From positions 3,744,001 to 3,808,000 of the forward strand of contig OZ243956.1 of the NCBI GenBank assembly GCA_965214405.1: 64,000 nucleotides of DNA. The letters run 5' to 3'. Position numbers and translations under genes: made by a program. Of the stretch, positions 40,792 through 49,626 are shown piece by piece. The stretch is from Trueperaceae bacterium (GTDB taxonomy: Bacteria > Deinococcota > Deinococci > Deinococcales > Trueperaceae). Positions within the stretch are counted from its first letter, which is position 1. Each line of letters begins with the position of its first letter. The notes beneath the pieces were generated by a model. The model saw only the letters and a program-made list of their open reading frames with translations. It was not told the DNA's origin and searched no databases.

Positions 40792-41324
40792 CAGTTTGTT
40801 TCGTTTGGAACCTTCCCGGTATCGCGGGGCTCAGGTAGATTTTCAGCCGTGCCTGCTGGAACTTGGACGAGTGGTATATGAAAAGGTGGCAAACCCAGCT
40901 TAGTAACAAGGTCCGCTATAGAAGCTCTCACGTAGGGCCACATAACAATGGCAGGGGCTCGCCCGTTTGCAAACTCTGTCAACGCGCTTCTTTTATCTTC
41001 AACGTCTATGATAACGTCAAAAACTGCGACAGCAGTCAATCTCAATTTCACAGCAGGAAGTGGCTTTTCAACCGCCGTATCACCTTCTTCTCCTTCAGAA
41101 TTTTCATCTTCTCCATCATCCGAAAAATGCTGCTCGGACTTCAAACGAAGCGTCACCAGAAGCTTTTCATCTTCAATAAAGGTTGTGTCTATTTCTACAT
41201 CTAATTCCGGAAATCTGAGCAGACTTTCGTCTCGTATAATCCCTTCATCAAGCTCAACATCTATTTTGGGGAACCAGATTTGAATCAGTTGAATGGGGTG
41301 TATCTCAAAGGCTAGCTTGGGCAT
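40791..41324 (-). CDS. SecB-like chaperone
   Basis: Acidic 177 aa; C-terminal APAIVMWPYVRASIADLVTKLGLPPFHIPLV matches the SecB signature. Confidence 0.8.
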   Translation of the reverse strand: MPKLAFEIHPIQLIQIWFPKIDVELDEGIIRDESLLRFPELDVEIDTTFIEDEKLLVTLRLKSEQHFSDDGEDENSEGEEGDTAVEKPLPAVKLRLTAVAVFDVIIDVEDKRSALTEFANGRAPAIVMWPYVRASIADLVTKLGLPPFHIPLVQVPAGTAENLPEPRDTGKVPNETN

Positions 41325-41863
41325 GATATACAGTTAAATACCCCGGTTGAAGATGCCGGGGTATCTTTCCATCTGCCTTTTTTGTTTCCTGGCAGACTGC
41401 GTGGTGGTGGGTTAACCTTGAAAGAGGCAAAATTTCCAGTAGGCACATCAGCATCAACAAGATTCCGCACCTCGAGCCTCTCAAGAAGTATCTTACTGGC
41501 GCTAGCCAACCAGTTAGCATAGGAAAGCTCGCCCTCTCTCCTCGCCCGCTCTAATGCTCTATAGGAACTGTCGATTGCGTTGATGAGCCTGCGGTGCGAG
41601 CGCTCAGAATCAACACTTAGCTGATTCGACTTTTCTTCGAGGCGGTTTAGGTAAACGTGGGCACTTTCTTTTATTGCCCTCCAATAACTAGATGCGGCGG
41701 CACTCTCAAAACTTGCCGCTCCTACCAACTCACGGAGTTTAGAAACAAACTCCCGCATCTCGTTGCGGGCAACCTCGTTATAGACGTAGTGGAGCACTGC
41801 TACACTAGGCATGGGCTCAATCCATTTCTTAGTACATTTTTCCTGTACAAACTCACAGGGCAT
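41312..41863 (-). CDS. Hypothetical protein (candidate chaperone-dependent antitoxin)
   Basis: GAGGGGG RBS; helical core plus a Pro/aromatic-rich tail; overlaps the SecB-like start by 13 nt. Confidence 0.6.
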   Translation of the reverse strand: MPCEFVQEKCTKKWIEPMPSVAVLHYVYNEVARNEMREFVSKLRELVGAASFESAAASSYWRAIKESAHVYLNRLEEKSNQLSVDSERSHRRLINAIDSSYRALERARREGELSYANWLASASKILLERLEVRNLVDADVPTGNFASFKVNPPPRSLPGNKKGRWKDTPASSTGVFNCISCPS

Positions 41864-42410
41864 AGTAGCCCCCTCACGCGGTTGCTAAATGTGTCGATAA
41901 CACACTCATACCAGCCCTCTCAACTGGCACTATACACCCCTGGTGGGGTACAGGTATACTAACAGATTGGCGTTTCGCATGGTGAGAGTTCTCCTACCCC
42001 ACTGCCACCCTTTTTGCATAGAGTATTAACCGTTCGCACAGCTCATTTCCATGAGGCTAGCAGGTCGGGCGTCTCCATGAGGTATTTCTCGAGCCCGTCT
42101 CCCCACACTTGCCACAAGCACAGGTGAACCATACCAAGCTCACCCCCAGGTTTTAGCTCACGTACCCCCTTTCTCGCTACCGAACCATACCAAACCGCTA
42201 CCAAAAACATACCTTTTTCTACCCTCTTGAAAACAAAAACGCGTGCTGCACGCTCTTTCTGTTGTTTGCGCGCCGTTTCTTGGGCGTAAAATCCGTAATC
42301 ATATAGCTTTTGCGGTATGCTGAGAGGCGTGAACAGCGTCAGGGACGAGAGAAGTACAACCCGTACACATGCACCAAAAAGTGCCACCTTTCATCCATTA
42401 GGGGTGCCCC

Positions 42411-43022
42411 ATGTATGACCGTCTCGACTTATCCAAAGGCCGCTATGTCCGCTACGACTACCAGCCCAAAGGCGACCGCTTCACCAGGGGTTTAAGCCCC
42501 ATGCCCCCCGTCGTCACCACCGTGACCCGCACCACCAGCACCGGGCGCTCCTTCAGGCGTCGGGTACGCGTGAACAATACCAAACACCTCACCGTCGCGG
42601 CGCTCCTGGAGATGATCGGGCCGGAACATCACGAGGAGGCTGAAGAGAAGGGGCTGTACTTTCTTTACAAGGAGGACGGGCTCGAGGTGCGGTTCAAAGA
42701 ACCCGGCGTACACGTGCGCTTCACCTCGACAGCCCAGCACAAGGGAAGGCGGCGGTGGTTCCTCTGTCCCGGCCCCGGTTGCGGGCGGCGGGTCGGCAAG
42801 CTCCGCTTAGTCGAGGGGGCGTCCTTCGGGCGCATCTGGGGGTGTCAGACGTGTCTCGGGCTCTCCTACCCGTCGCGGGCGGCGCACAAGACGCAAGCAT
42901 TAGATCAGGCCATCGTGAGGGGCAAGGTGAAGGTGAGCCTCGGGGCGTGGCACCGGGCGGTAGAGCGGGAAGACGAAAGGCTCGAGAAGACGATGCGGCG
43001 CTTTGGGCTGTTCGGGAGGTAG
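42411..43022 (+). CDS. Zinc-ribbon hypothetical protein of the integrated element
   Basis: RRWFLCPGPGCGRRVGKL...WGCQTCLGLSYPS. Confidence 0.65.
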   Translation: MYDRLDLSKGRYVRYDYQPKGDRFTRGLSPMPPVVTTVTRTTSTGRSFRRRVRVNNTKHLTVAALLEMIGPEHHEEAEEKGLYFLYKEDGLEVRFKEPGVHVRFTSTAQHKGRRRWFLCPGPGCGRRVGKLRLVEGASFGRIWGCQTCLGLSYPSRAAHKTQALDQAIVRGKVKVSLGAWHRAVEREDERLEKTMRRFGLFGR

Positions 43023-43216
43023 CGAGACAACGCGGGCTTAGACGGCAACGGCCTCTAATGGCGCTCCCGGAATCCTGGAAAAATGGGGCAAGTTCGGGTG
43101 AAAGAACGCCGCCTTGGACGTTCAAGCTTGGCCGTGGGGGGGGTTCTGAGAAAAGCCCGCAAGCTTGACCCTATATGGCCCCCTTTGGCGTAGACTGGGA
43201 GCCACAGGAGGTGGGT

Positions 43217-43366
43217 ATGAGCGACGAGCGTAAGCAGACGACAGAAGAAGATGTTGACCTTGAAAAAAGTTTCGAGGAGCAAAAAGAGCAGGTAGACAAG
43301 ATGGAAAGGGAGGTAGAGAAGGAGCGCCAAGAGGACGGGGCCGCGCCGGGTGACGAGCGGGGCTAG
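43217..43366 (+). CDS. Small acidic hypothetical protein
   Basis: AGGAGG RBS; 49 aa, E/D/K-rich. Confidence 0.5.
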   Translation: MSDERKQTTEEDVDLEKSFEEQKEQVDKMEREVEKERQEDGAAPGDERG

Positions 43367-43425
43367 AGCTTGACCTGTCGCGGGCGGGGCTCTTGACATG
43401 CTCGAGCCCCTTCCAGCGCCGCCGC

Positions 43426-46059
43426 TCAAGGCCGCACCCCTACCGGCTCACGCAGCACCGCGCGGGCTATCTCTGATAGGTCTTCACGTTCGGCCTCACT
43501 CATCTTGCTTTTGCCGAAGTAATGCGAGAGCGCCGTATCAAGGTCGGCAAAAGTGCGCCCCGGTAGCTCGAGAGAGCGGCCCTTTAGGTCGCCCGCTTTC
43601 CAAAGATGGTGTAGCTCGAGCACCTCTCGCGGCATCTTTGGGCTAGGCTCTTCTAAAACACCCGAAACACCCGTATCACCCGGTGAGGGGGTAGAAGCGC
43701 CGTCCGTGACGGTACTCGAGCCTCGGGTGTTTGGCGGGTGTTCCGTCTCAAGTCCGGGTGTTTGCCGGGTGTTTGGTAAGTAGGCGGGTGTTTGGTCGGC
43801 AAAACACCCGGCCTCTTCCGCCTCACGTTCCAGCGTCTCTAACGGCACTTCTTCACGCTCTAGGGGTGTTCCGGGTGTTTCGGGTGTTCTTTTCCCTACC
43901 CTTTCCAGACGGTAGGCGCTGTTACGGGTCACGCTGTCCTTGCCCGCGTTGCGGATGCGAAAGCCGCCGAACACCCGGTCACGTTTTTGTGAGAGCGCAT
44001 GGCCCAAACGTTGCATCGCGCTAAGCTGACTTTTCCCGGTCCATAAGTCGAGAAGTAGCCTGTACTCTTTAGCCACTTCAAAAAGGTCTTTGGCGGTCAC
44101 GGCGCGGGGTCCATAGCTTACCCACCACCTCTCTATCAGCGCGGCCCACTCGGTCGTCTCGCTATCGGCTTCGGCGTGCAAGCGTTCCCGGCCTTCCAAA
44201 AAGCCTGGAACCCCTGCCACCTCGAGAATGCCGCCCATCACCCCGCCCCACGCCTCATACCGCCCAAGGCTCACTTGTCCTTTGGGCATCCCGGCGTCTA
44301 CCCATCTCTGAATGAGCGAGAGACAAGCGCTTACCAATTCCGAACGGTGCGCCCGGACGTATTCAGCCAAGGGCACATGCTTAAACCCGGTGCGCTCTTC
44401 GGGACGTTCCACCCCGGCGTCCATACGGATGGGGATGACGCGGCGGGTGAGTTCGTCTGACAGCATGACGTTGTTACCCGACGCCAGCCACAGCGCCCGG
44501 TTGGGCATGATGACGGTTTCCGATTTACCCAAGATGCGCCCCTGCCAGACTTCGGCGGTGAGCGCGGCGGCTAAGTGTGCCGAGTCTAAACGCGTCACGT
44601 TGTCGAGAAAAACCAGCGGGCGACCCTCGAGCAGTACCGAGGTAAGACGCTTCTCTAACTCGTCGCCGTCTCGAGGTTGGCTCATGGTGGGCACGACGTA
44701 ACCGAAAGGGATGAGATTAGCGGCTTCGGTAAGCAGTCCTTTACCTGTACCTCGTGCGGGCGCGTCAATCAGGTAAAGCGGTGTTGCACCTTGGATGAGC
44801 GGGCGCACGAAAGGCTGGAGCACCATACAGAGCGTGTGCGCCCAGCCTGCGGCCTCGACAAAGGGGAACTCACCGAACACCTCACGCAGTAGGAAGAGCG
44901 CTTCATCTACAGGTATATCGGCGCGTAAGTCTTCAAGCCCCTTGAGCTGCAAGAGCAGCCCCGTGTGGGGGTCGTAACCGTCTTGAGCCAGCAGCACCCC
45001 GCCGGGTAGAAAGACGGGCGCGTGAACGATATCCTCCAGCGGCGGGAAGGGTAACGAGGTCTGGGTGAGAATGTCGGGTGCTAAGTCACTGGGGGGACGT
45101 GCGGGGGTCGTTTCTCCCTCATAGGTAACTTTCACGAAGTCCGCGCACCTGTCCATAATGCCCTTGAGCGAGGTTGACGTAAGTGCTTCGGCTGTGTCGC
45201 CATTCAACCGCGCCGGGAGGGTGCCGCGCATGAAAAGAGTGGGGGGATGATTGGCGGCCTCGAGTGCCTTGACAGAATCGGCGGTGATGTCTCGCAAGTA
45301 GCGGTGGGTGACGATGATTTCAGGGCGTCCTCCTTCTTCTTTCTCTTCTTGAGGCGGGGCGCGTAGTTCGGTAGTGGCGAGGGCTAAAAGGTCGTCAACG
45401 CTGTGACCGCTTACTAGGTAATCATCCACCCCTTGCTTTGCCGCGCCGTCACCGGAGGGGAGGTAAATCACCTTGACCTTGGCATCACGACTCTCGAGAA
45501 AGGCTTTCAACCGCACCAAAGCGGTGTGTACTTCCCGCTTCTCCATCACGTCACTGTCGAACACGATGTACACGGGGCGGTCGTTCAGGGCGATGTACTC
45601 CCAATCTGCCAGCGCGGTTTTGCCGCCCTTGGCATTTTTGCCGCGCCAATTCCAGACGCCGATGAGGGCGACGGCGCAGAGGCCGCGTGATGCTAAAGAG
45701 TCGCCCTTTTTGATTCCTTCAGTAACGAACAGAGGCGCGGCGGGGTCGCCCAGCTCGCCATTTACAGAAGGGTGTACGTCTAGGGTCATGCTCGAGCCCG
45801 TGGGCGTCTCATACTTCACCGGCTTACCCTTGTTGATGCGCGGGGTGTCGGGGCGGGACTGGTAGAGCCTCACCTCTCCGTTGGGGCTATAAATCGGGAT
45901 GACGAGCGTCGGAATAATACGCTGCTTAGGAGAAAAGCCCAAACGCTCCAAATCGGCTTTAACGGTCACGGTCTTGTAGCCGCGCGTGGTGATGAGGTCC
46001 GGCGAAATGCCGGACCCCTCCGTAAGCATGTGTAAATGTTTGGGTGAAAGAGTGGTCAT
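43426..46059 (-). CDS. Primase (DUF3854/Toprim-like)-helicase replication protein
   Basis: KYETP, FVTEGIKKG, IVFDSD, KQGVDDYL; Walker A APARGTGKG; FLDNV. Confidence 0.85.
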   Translation of the reverse strand: MTTLSPKHLHMLTEGSGISPDLITTRGYKTVTVKADLERLGFSPKQRIIPTLVIPIYSPNGEVRLYQSRPDTPRINKGKPVKYETPTGSSMTLDVHPSVNGELGDPAAPLFVTEGIKKGDSLASRGLCAVALIGVWNWRGKNAKGGKTALADWEYIALNDRPVYIVFDSDVMEKREVHTALVRLKAFLESRDAKVKVIYLPSGDGAAKQGVDDYLVSGHSVDDLLALATTELRAPPQEEKEEGGRPEIIVTHRYLRDITADSVKALEAANHPPTLFMRGTLPARLNGDTAEALTSTSLKGIMDRCADFVKVTYEGETTPARPPSDLAPDILTQTSLPFPPLEDIVHAPVFLPGGVLLAQDGYDPHTGLLLQLKGLEDLRADIPVDEALFLLREVFGEFPFVEAAGWAHTLCMVLQPFVRPLIQGATPLYLIDAPARGTGKGLLTEAANLIPFGYVVPTMSQPRDGDELEKRLTSVLLEGRPLVFLDNVTRLDSAHLAAALTAEVWQGRILGKSETVIMPNRALWLASGNNVMLSDELTRRVIPIRMDAGVERPEERTGFKHVPLAEYVRAHRSELVSACLSLIQRWVDAGMPKGQVSLGRYEAWGGVMGGILEVAGVPGFLEGRERLHAEADSETTEWAALIERWWVSYGPRAVTAKDLFEVAKEYRLLLDLWTGKSQLSAMQRLGHALSQKRDRVFGGFRIRNAGKDSVTRNSAYRLERVGKRTPETPGTPLEREEVPLETLEREAEEAGCFADQTPAYLPNTRQTPGLETEHPPNTRGSSTVTDGASTPSPGDTGVSGVLEEPSPKMPREVLELHHLWKAGDLKGRSLELPGRTFADLDTALSHYFGKSKMSEAEREDLSEIARAVLREPVGVRP
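43657..43888. repeat. Iteron cluster (GGGTGTT/AACACCC x11), putative origin
   Basis: Eleven heptamer copies in both orientations within the 3' end of the rep gene. Confidence 0.7.
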
Positions 46060-46274
46060 GCGCGCGCCCTGCCGCTGTAGGCGTTCAAATCACGGTGCGC
46101 GTTCATAATGGTCCAGCACTCAATACAAAAAACGCAGGCGTCTTCAGTGGTGAGTAGGTGGCGACCTGTAGGACTGTAAGGGCATGGGTCTGAGAGCGAA
46201 CGTGCTATATTATTTGTAGCAGCGGCCCCGCTGTGTTTATCCGCTCCCGTCTTGTCCCGGCGGGAGTTTCCCAT
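46056..46274 (-). CDS. Small hypothetical protein, Cys-rich
   Basis: Overlaps both xis and rep; CPYSP...H...CVFCIEC. Confidence 0.5.
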   Translation of the reverse strand: MGNSRRDKTGADKHSGAAATNNIARSLSDPCPYSPTGRHLLTTEDACVFCIECWTIMNAHRDLNAYSGRARA

Positions 46275-46483
46275 TATTGGACCTCGCTCTCACGTGCTGG
46301 AAAATTTATTACCTCGCTACGCGGGATTAGAATTTTTCTTCCAAGCCTGAGATGACGAATCTTCCCGGCTTGAATCAGCCCATACAGTGAGTTGCGTCCT
46401 ACGGCGTGGTCAAGCGCTTCCAGAAATTCGTTGGGGGTTAGAAGCGGCTTGTTTGGCGATTTATCACGTTCAACTGTTAGCAT
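46274..46483 (-). CDS. Excisionase-like HTH DNA-binding protein
   Basis: LLTPNE...VGRNSLYGLIQAGKIRHLRLGRKILIPR; AAGGAGG RBS. Confidence 0.85.
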   Translation of the reverse strand: MLTVERDKSPNKPLLTPNEFLEALDHAVGRNSLYGLIQAGKIRHLRLGRKILIPRSEVINFPARESEVQ

Positions 46484-46747
46484 CGGGTGCGGCCTCCTTT
46501 TGGCCGTAAACAGTGCAGCCAAAGTTTTGGCTGTGAATGGCGCTCGAGGGAGTGCTTGGCTTGGCGGCATGGCACTCTCTTGGGCTTTGTTTTGCCGCAG
46601 CTCCCGCCTCTCGGCACACCACGGCTTTTTGTTCCCTAAGCAGCACGCCCGGTCTGTCCCGCCAGCTCGCTCGAGCCTCGCCTTTGGTGCCGCTCGAAGT
46701 TTTCATGGTCCGCGCGGGTGCATGTGGTCCCGTCGCTTCTTATGTTA

Positions 46748-46783
46748 CATGGGGTGCAAAATTATGGTATTTTGCACCCCATG
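46748..46783. promoter_or_regulatory. Inverted-repeat operator / divergent promoter
   Basis: CATGGGGTGCAAAAT-TATGGT-ATTTTGCACCCCATG between the divergent genes. Confidence 0.65.
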
Positions 46784-47555
46784 AAGCGACCATCACCACG
46801 GGAAGTTAGCGGAGATTTCTTTGCTGGGGTTCGGGCAGTTAAAGATATTGCGAAGCGGGAAGCCAAAGGGGAAGGATTACCTGTACCTCCCGATGATTTC
46901 ATTGAGGAAAAAGGGAAGTGTTATTCCAACGCCAGTCCTGAGGCAGTTGCTCAAGATATCTTGACCGATTGGCGCGAAGAGCTAGCAAGGCGTGAAGAGC
47001 TAGCTAGGCATGAGTCTATCGGCGGCAAGTTAGGCGACCCGGTTGAAAAGGGCACGAGCAAAGTCGCATCACTGGTCATGGCGGTGTATCTCAAAGTTCC
47101 CGTTAAACAGTTCCGCACGATTATATGGGGAAGTGCTGAGGCTCCATTTGAAAATACTGTTGACGCTGCTGTGTGGCTCGAGCTTATGCACTGCGAAGAG
47201 CGGAAGCGGTACGACAAAAAATTACAAGTGCCCGAAGGCGAAGAATCTGATATTCACGAGTTCGTGGTGTGGCTGCCAGAAATAAGCAGATGGGCTTGGG
47301 AGGTCCCCGGCGGCGGCATCCTCGAGCGGCTTTACCACTTTTGTAAAACTTTATCGAAGTGGTCTGAATGGTGGAGCTTTGACGTTGTGCTGTATCACGT
47401 CCTATTCAACGCAATGCCTCCAGCCATACAAATACAGACTTTAGGTATGTTCAACGATACAAAGAGAATCACCTTGACGATTCACGGCCCGGCAACGGAA
47501 GAAGAGGTCGTCAAGGCGTACCGCCGGGCGCGCGAGATGACTTTTACAACTTCAG

Positions 47556-48605
47556 CTAAGTACACGACAAAAGCCGAAAACAGCGGTCCAGGTCAGGCTT
47601 TTTGGTTGCCGAGTTGGTGAGCAGATGCCTGAGATGGTCTAAGCCTGCCCGGAATAAAGACTTCTGCTTGCGCCCGTGCGACTTCATTCGAACAGGTTTG
47701 AGCTGACGGTGAACAAATGCTCCGACTTTCAAGGCCCATAAGAAAGCCAGGGTCACAACGACAAGTAAGGTGTTAATGCGCTCTAGGTGCTTGAGATGCG
47801 TAGCTTCAAAGTCAAAGCCGCTGCTTTTCAAGGCTTTGAACAAGCATTCTATCTGCCAGCGCTTCGCGTAGCTTGCGAGGGCCTGCTTAGGATTGCGGTT
47901 GGTGACGACGATGATGTATTCTCCACCCTCTAAACGCGCGCCTGCAACCCCAAGCTCAACACCAAAGACAGTGTAGCGCTGTTTAAGTACCTTGTGCTCA
48001 CCCACAGGTAGATGCTGGAAAAAGCCGAACAGATGAAACCAGCCATCACCGAGAGCGTCTTTACGCACGCGGATAACGAAAGGGATGTGCTTACGCTCAA
48101 GATAAGCGAACCAGTCGCCCCCGATGAACTCCCTATCGGCTAGCAGCACCTCTAGCTGGTCTACGGGCAAAAGTTTTAGCAAACGCTCCAAAAGCGTAAT
48201 GCGTTCTTGCGTGGCGGAGTTGCCAGCCTTGGGCAAAAGACACCACAGTAAGGGAACCGCTACGCCCTCATGCGCATAAGCCAGGGTCAAGATGTTGATG
48301 TCGAGTTTGCCAAACTTCCAGTTCGTCCGGTCTAGGCACAGGCTGTAGCTTCGCTTGGGACCTAGACTCAGCGCGTACCTGAAAACTGTCTCATCGGCCA
48401 AGTGCAAGCCTTGGAAAAACCGTTGCGCCCGTCTGTAAAGCGAGTCCGGCTGGGCTCTGCCCTCCATCATGCCTACCAACGTCGCCAAGTTCACCGTCTT
48501 TGCCTGCACCATCGCGATCATCAACAAGCTCAAGAACTTAAGCCGTGACGGGTGCAGCTTTAAGCCGCTCGCTTTCAACTGTGCCAGCAACCCGGTATGC
48601 TTCAT
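47556..48605 (-). CDS. IS4-family DDE transposase
   Basis: Protein identical to that of 33680-34729. Confidence 0.92.
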   Translation of the reverse strand: MKHTGLLAQLKASGLKLHPSRLKFLSLLMIAMVQAKTVNLATLVGMMEGRAQPDSLYRRAQRFFQGLHLADETVFRYALSLGPKRSYSLCLDRTNWKFGKLDINILTLAYAHEGVAVPLLWCLLPKAGNSATQERITLLERLLKLLPVDQLEVLLADREFIGGDWFAYLERKHIPFVIRVRKDALGDGWFHLFGFFQHLPVGEHKVLKQRYTVFGVELGVAGARLEGGEYIIVVTNRNPKQALASYAKRWQIECLFKALKSSGFDFEATHLKHLERINTLLVVVTLAFLWALKVGAFVHRQLKPVRMKSHGRKQKSLFRAGLDHLRHLLTNSATKKPDLDRCFRLLSCT

Positions 48606-48685
48606 ATGCTCTCCCTTGAAGTGGTGTCTCGCAACATCCATTCTTCACTGGAGAGCCCTTTATTTCAAATCTGTCGTGTACTGAG
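47556..48685 (-). mobile_element. IS4-family insertion sequence, copy 2
   Basis: Same length, IRs and transposase protein as copy 1; 9-bp TSD CAACTTCAG at 47547-47555 and 48686-48694. Confidence 0.93.
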
Positions 48686-49216
48686 CAACTTCAGACAAGA
48701 CGGGCCTAAACCCGGCACAACATAAACTTTTGCTTTTAGTCGAATACTTTATGCCGCTAGCATCATGGTCCGAACGGTTTAAGAAGTGGCTCGAGTGGTG
48801 CGAAAAGGACGAAAGTCTACCTACCTACAAGGCAAGGTTGAGAGAGGACGGGTCAATAGAAAATAAGACCAATGCCGTTAAGAATTTCAAAAAGGAATAT
48901 ATGAGGGTCATGGACAAGCAAGCGTGGACGGGTACAGTATCTAGGATTCCGACCCCGGAGGTTCGTGAACAACTACGGGCTAGGAGAGCTAAGGGGCTTG
49001 GTGTTAAAGCACCCGAGTGGAATCCTCCCCCACCACCGCCTTGGGAAAAACCCGACTTTGACGCCTCATGGTTTACCTATCCGGTAATAGATTTGGGAGC
49101 GCTTAGAGACCTCGAGAAAATGGTTCAAGGGGCATCCCCGCCGGGCGGTAACACTTTCTTTTTGATAAGAGATAAAGTGTGATCCCGTAGAGGTAAGCAA
49201 AAACATAAGTCAGAAG

Positions 49217-49239
49217 TTTGACGACCAATTGACGACCAC
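49217..49239 (+). repeat. Putative integrase arm-type sites
   Basis: Identical to 38094-38116. Confidence 0.75.
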
Positions 49240-49341
49240 GGCCACAAAACCAGAAGAGACAGAATAACGTATGGTAAGAGAAAGAGCGTCACAGACTACA
49301 CCGTAACATCTTATAAAACCGCATAAACTCTCTGCCGTGAT

Positions 49342-49394
49342 TTTGCAAGCAGGGGGTCATCAGTTCGAGTCTGATAGGCTCCACCATGAGAAAG
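49342..49394 (+). repeat. attR core (displaced tRNA-Ala 3' half)
   Basis: 53-bp copy of 37981-38033. Confidence 0.92.
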
Positions 49395-49415
49395 CCGCCT
49401 CTACAGCGGCTTTTT
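49391..49415 (+). terminator. Likely original tRNA terminator
   Basis: AAAGCCGC-ctctaca-GCGGCTTT TT. Confidence 0.7.
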
Positions 49416-49626
49416 ACTATTTTGCACTGCCCAAGAACTCTATTGGTGTCGGTAATGCCGCTTGTAATGCCACCATCATTTTCGGGACCATAAGTTCGTT
49501 GAGCCCGACACCGTGGCTCTGTTGTGAAAGAAAAGCTCGAGGATTGGCGTCCCGGACAAGCACAAAACGACGAGTTCATTTCACACCCCTCCAGATGATA
49601 CCCCTTCAGAAAATTGCCCTGACCAA

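Larger units (their letters stand above)
46781..49182 (+). pseudogene. Hypothetical element gene (~420 aa) interrupted by IS4
   Basis: Removing the IS and one TSD joins MTFTTS|DKTGLNPAQHKLLLLVEY in frame. Confidence 0.75.
37981..49394. mobile_element. Integrated phage-satellite-like element at tRNA-Ala (decayed)
   Basis: 53-bp direct repeats at both ends; tyrosine integrase, Xis-like HTH and primase-helicase; no capsid or conjugation genes seen. Confidence 0.9.

Noticed and set aside
42043..42387. 114-aa minus-strand ORF upstream of the SecB cassette as a fourth component
   Set aside because: No recognisable motif, a 180-bp gap to the operon and an uncertain start; it cannot be supported
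43657..43888. Repeat cluster as a CRISPR array
   Set aside because: Repeats are 7 bp, irregularly spaced, in both orientations and inside a CDS; no cas genes are present
33680..48685. Composite transposon bounded by the two IS copies
   Set aside because: Each IS has its own matching TSD, showing independent insertions
49342..49386. Second tRNA-Ala
   Set aside because: Only the 3' half is present; it is attR
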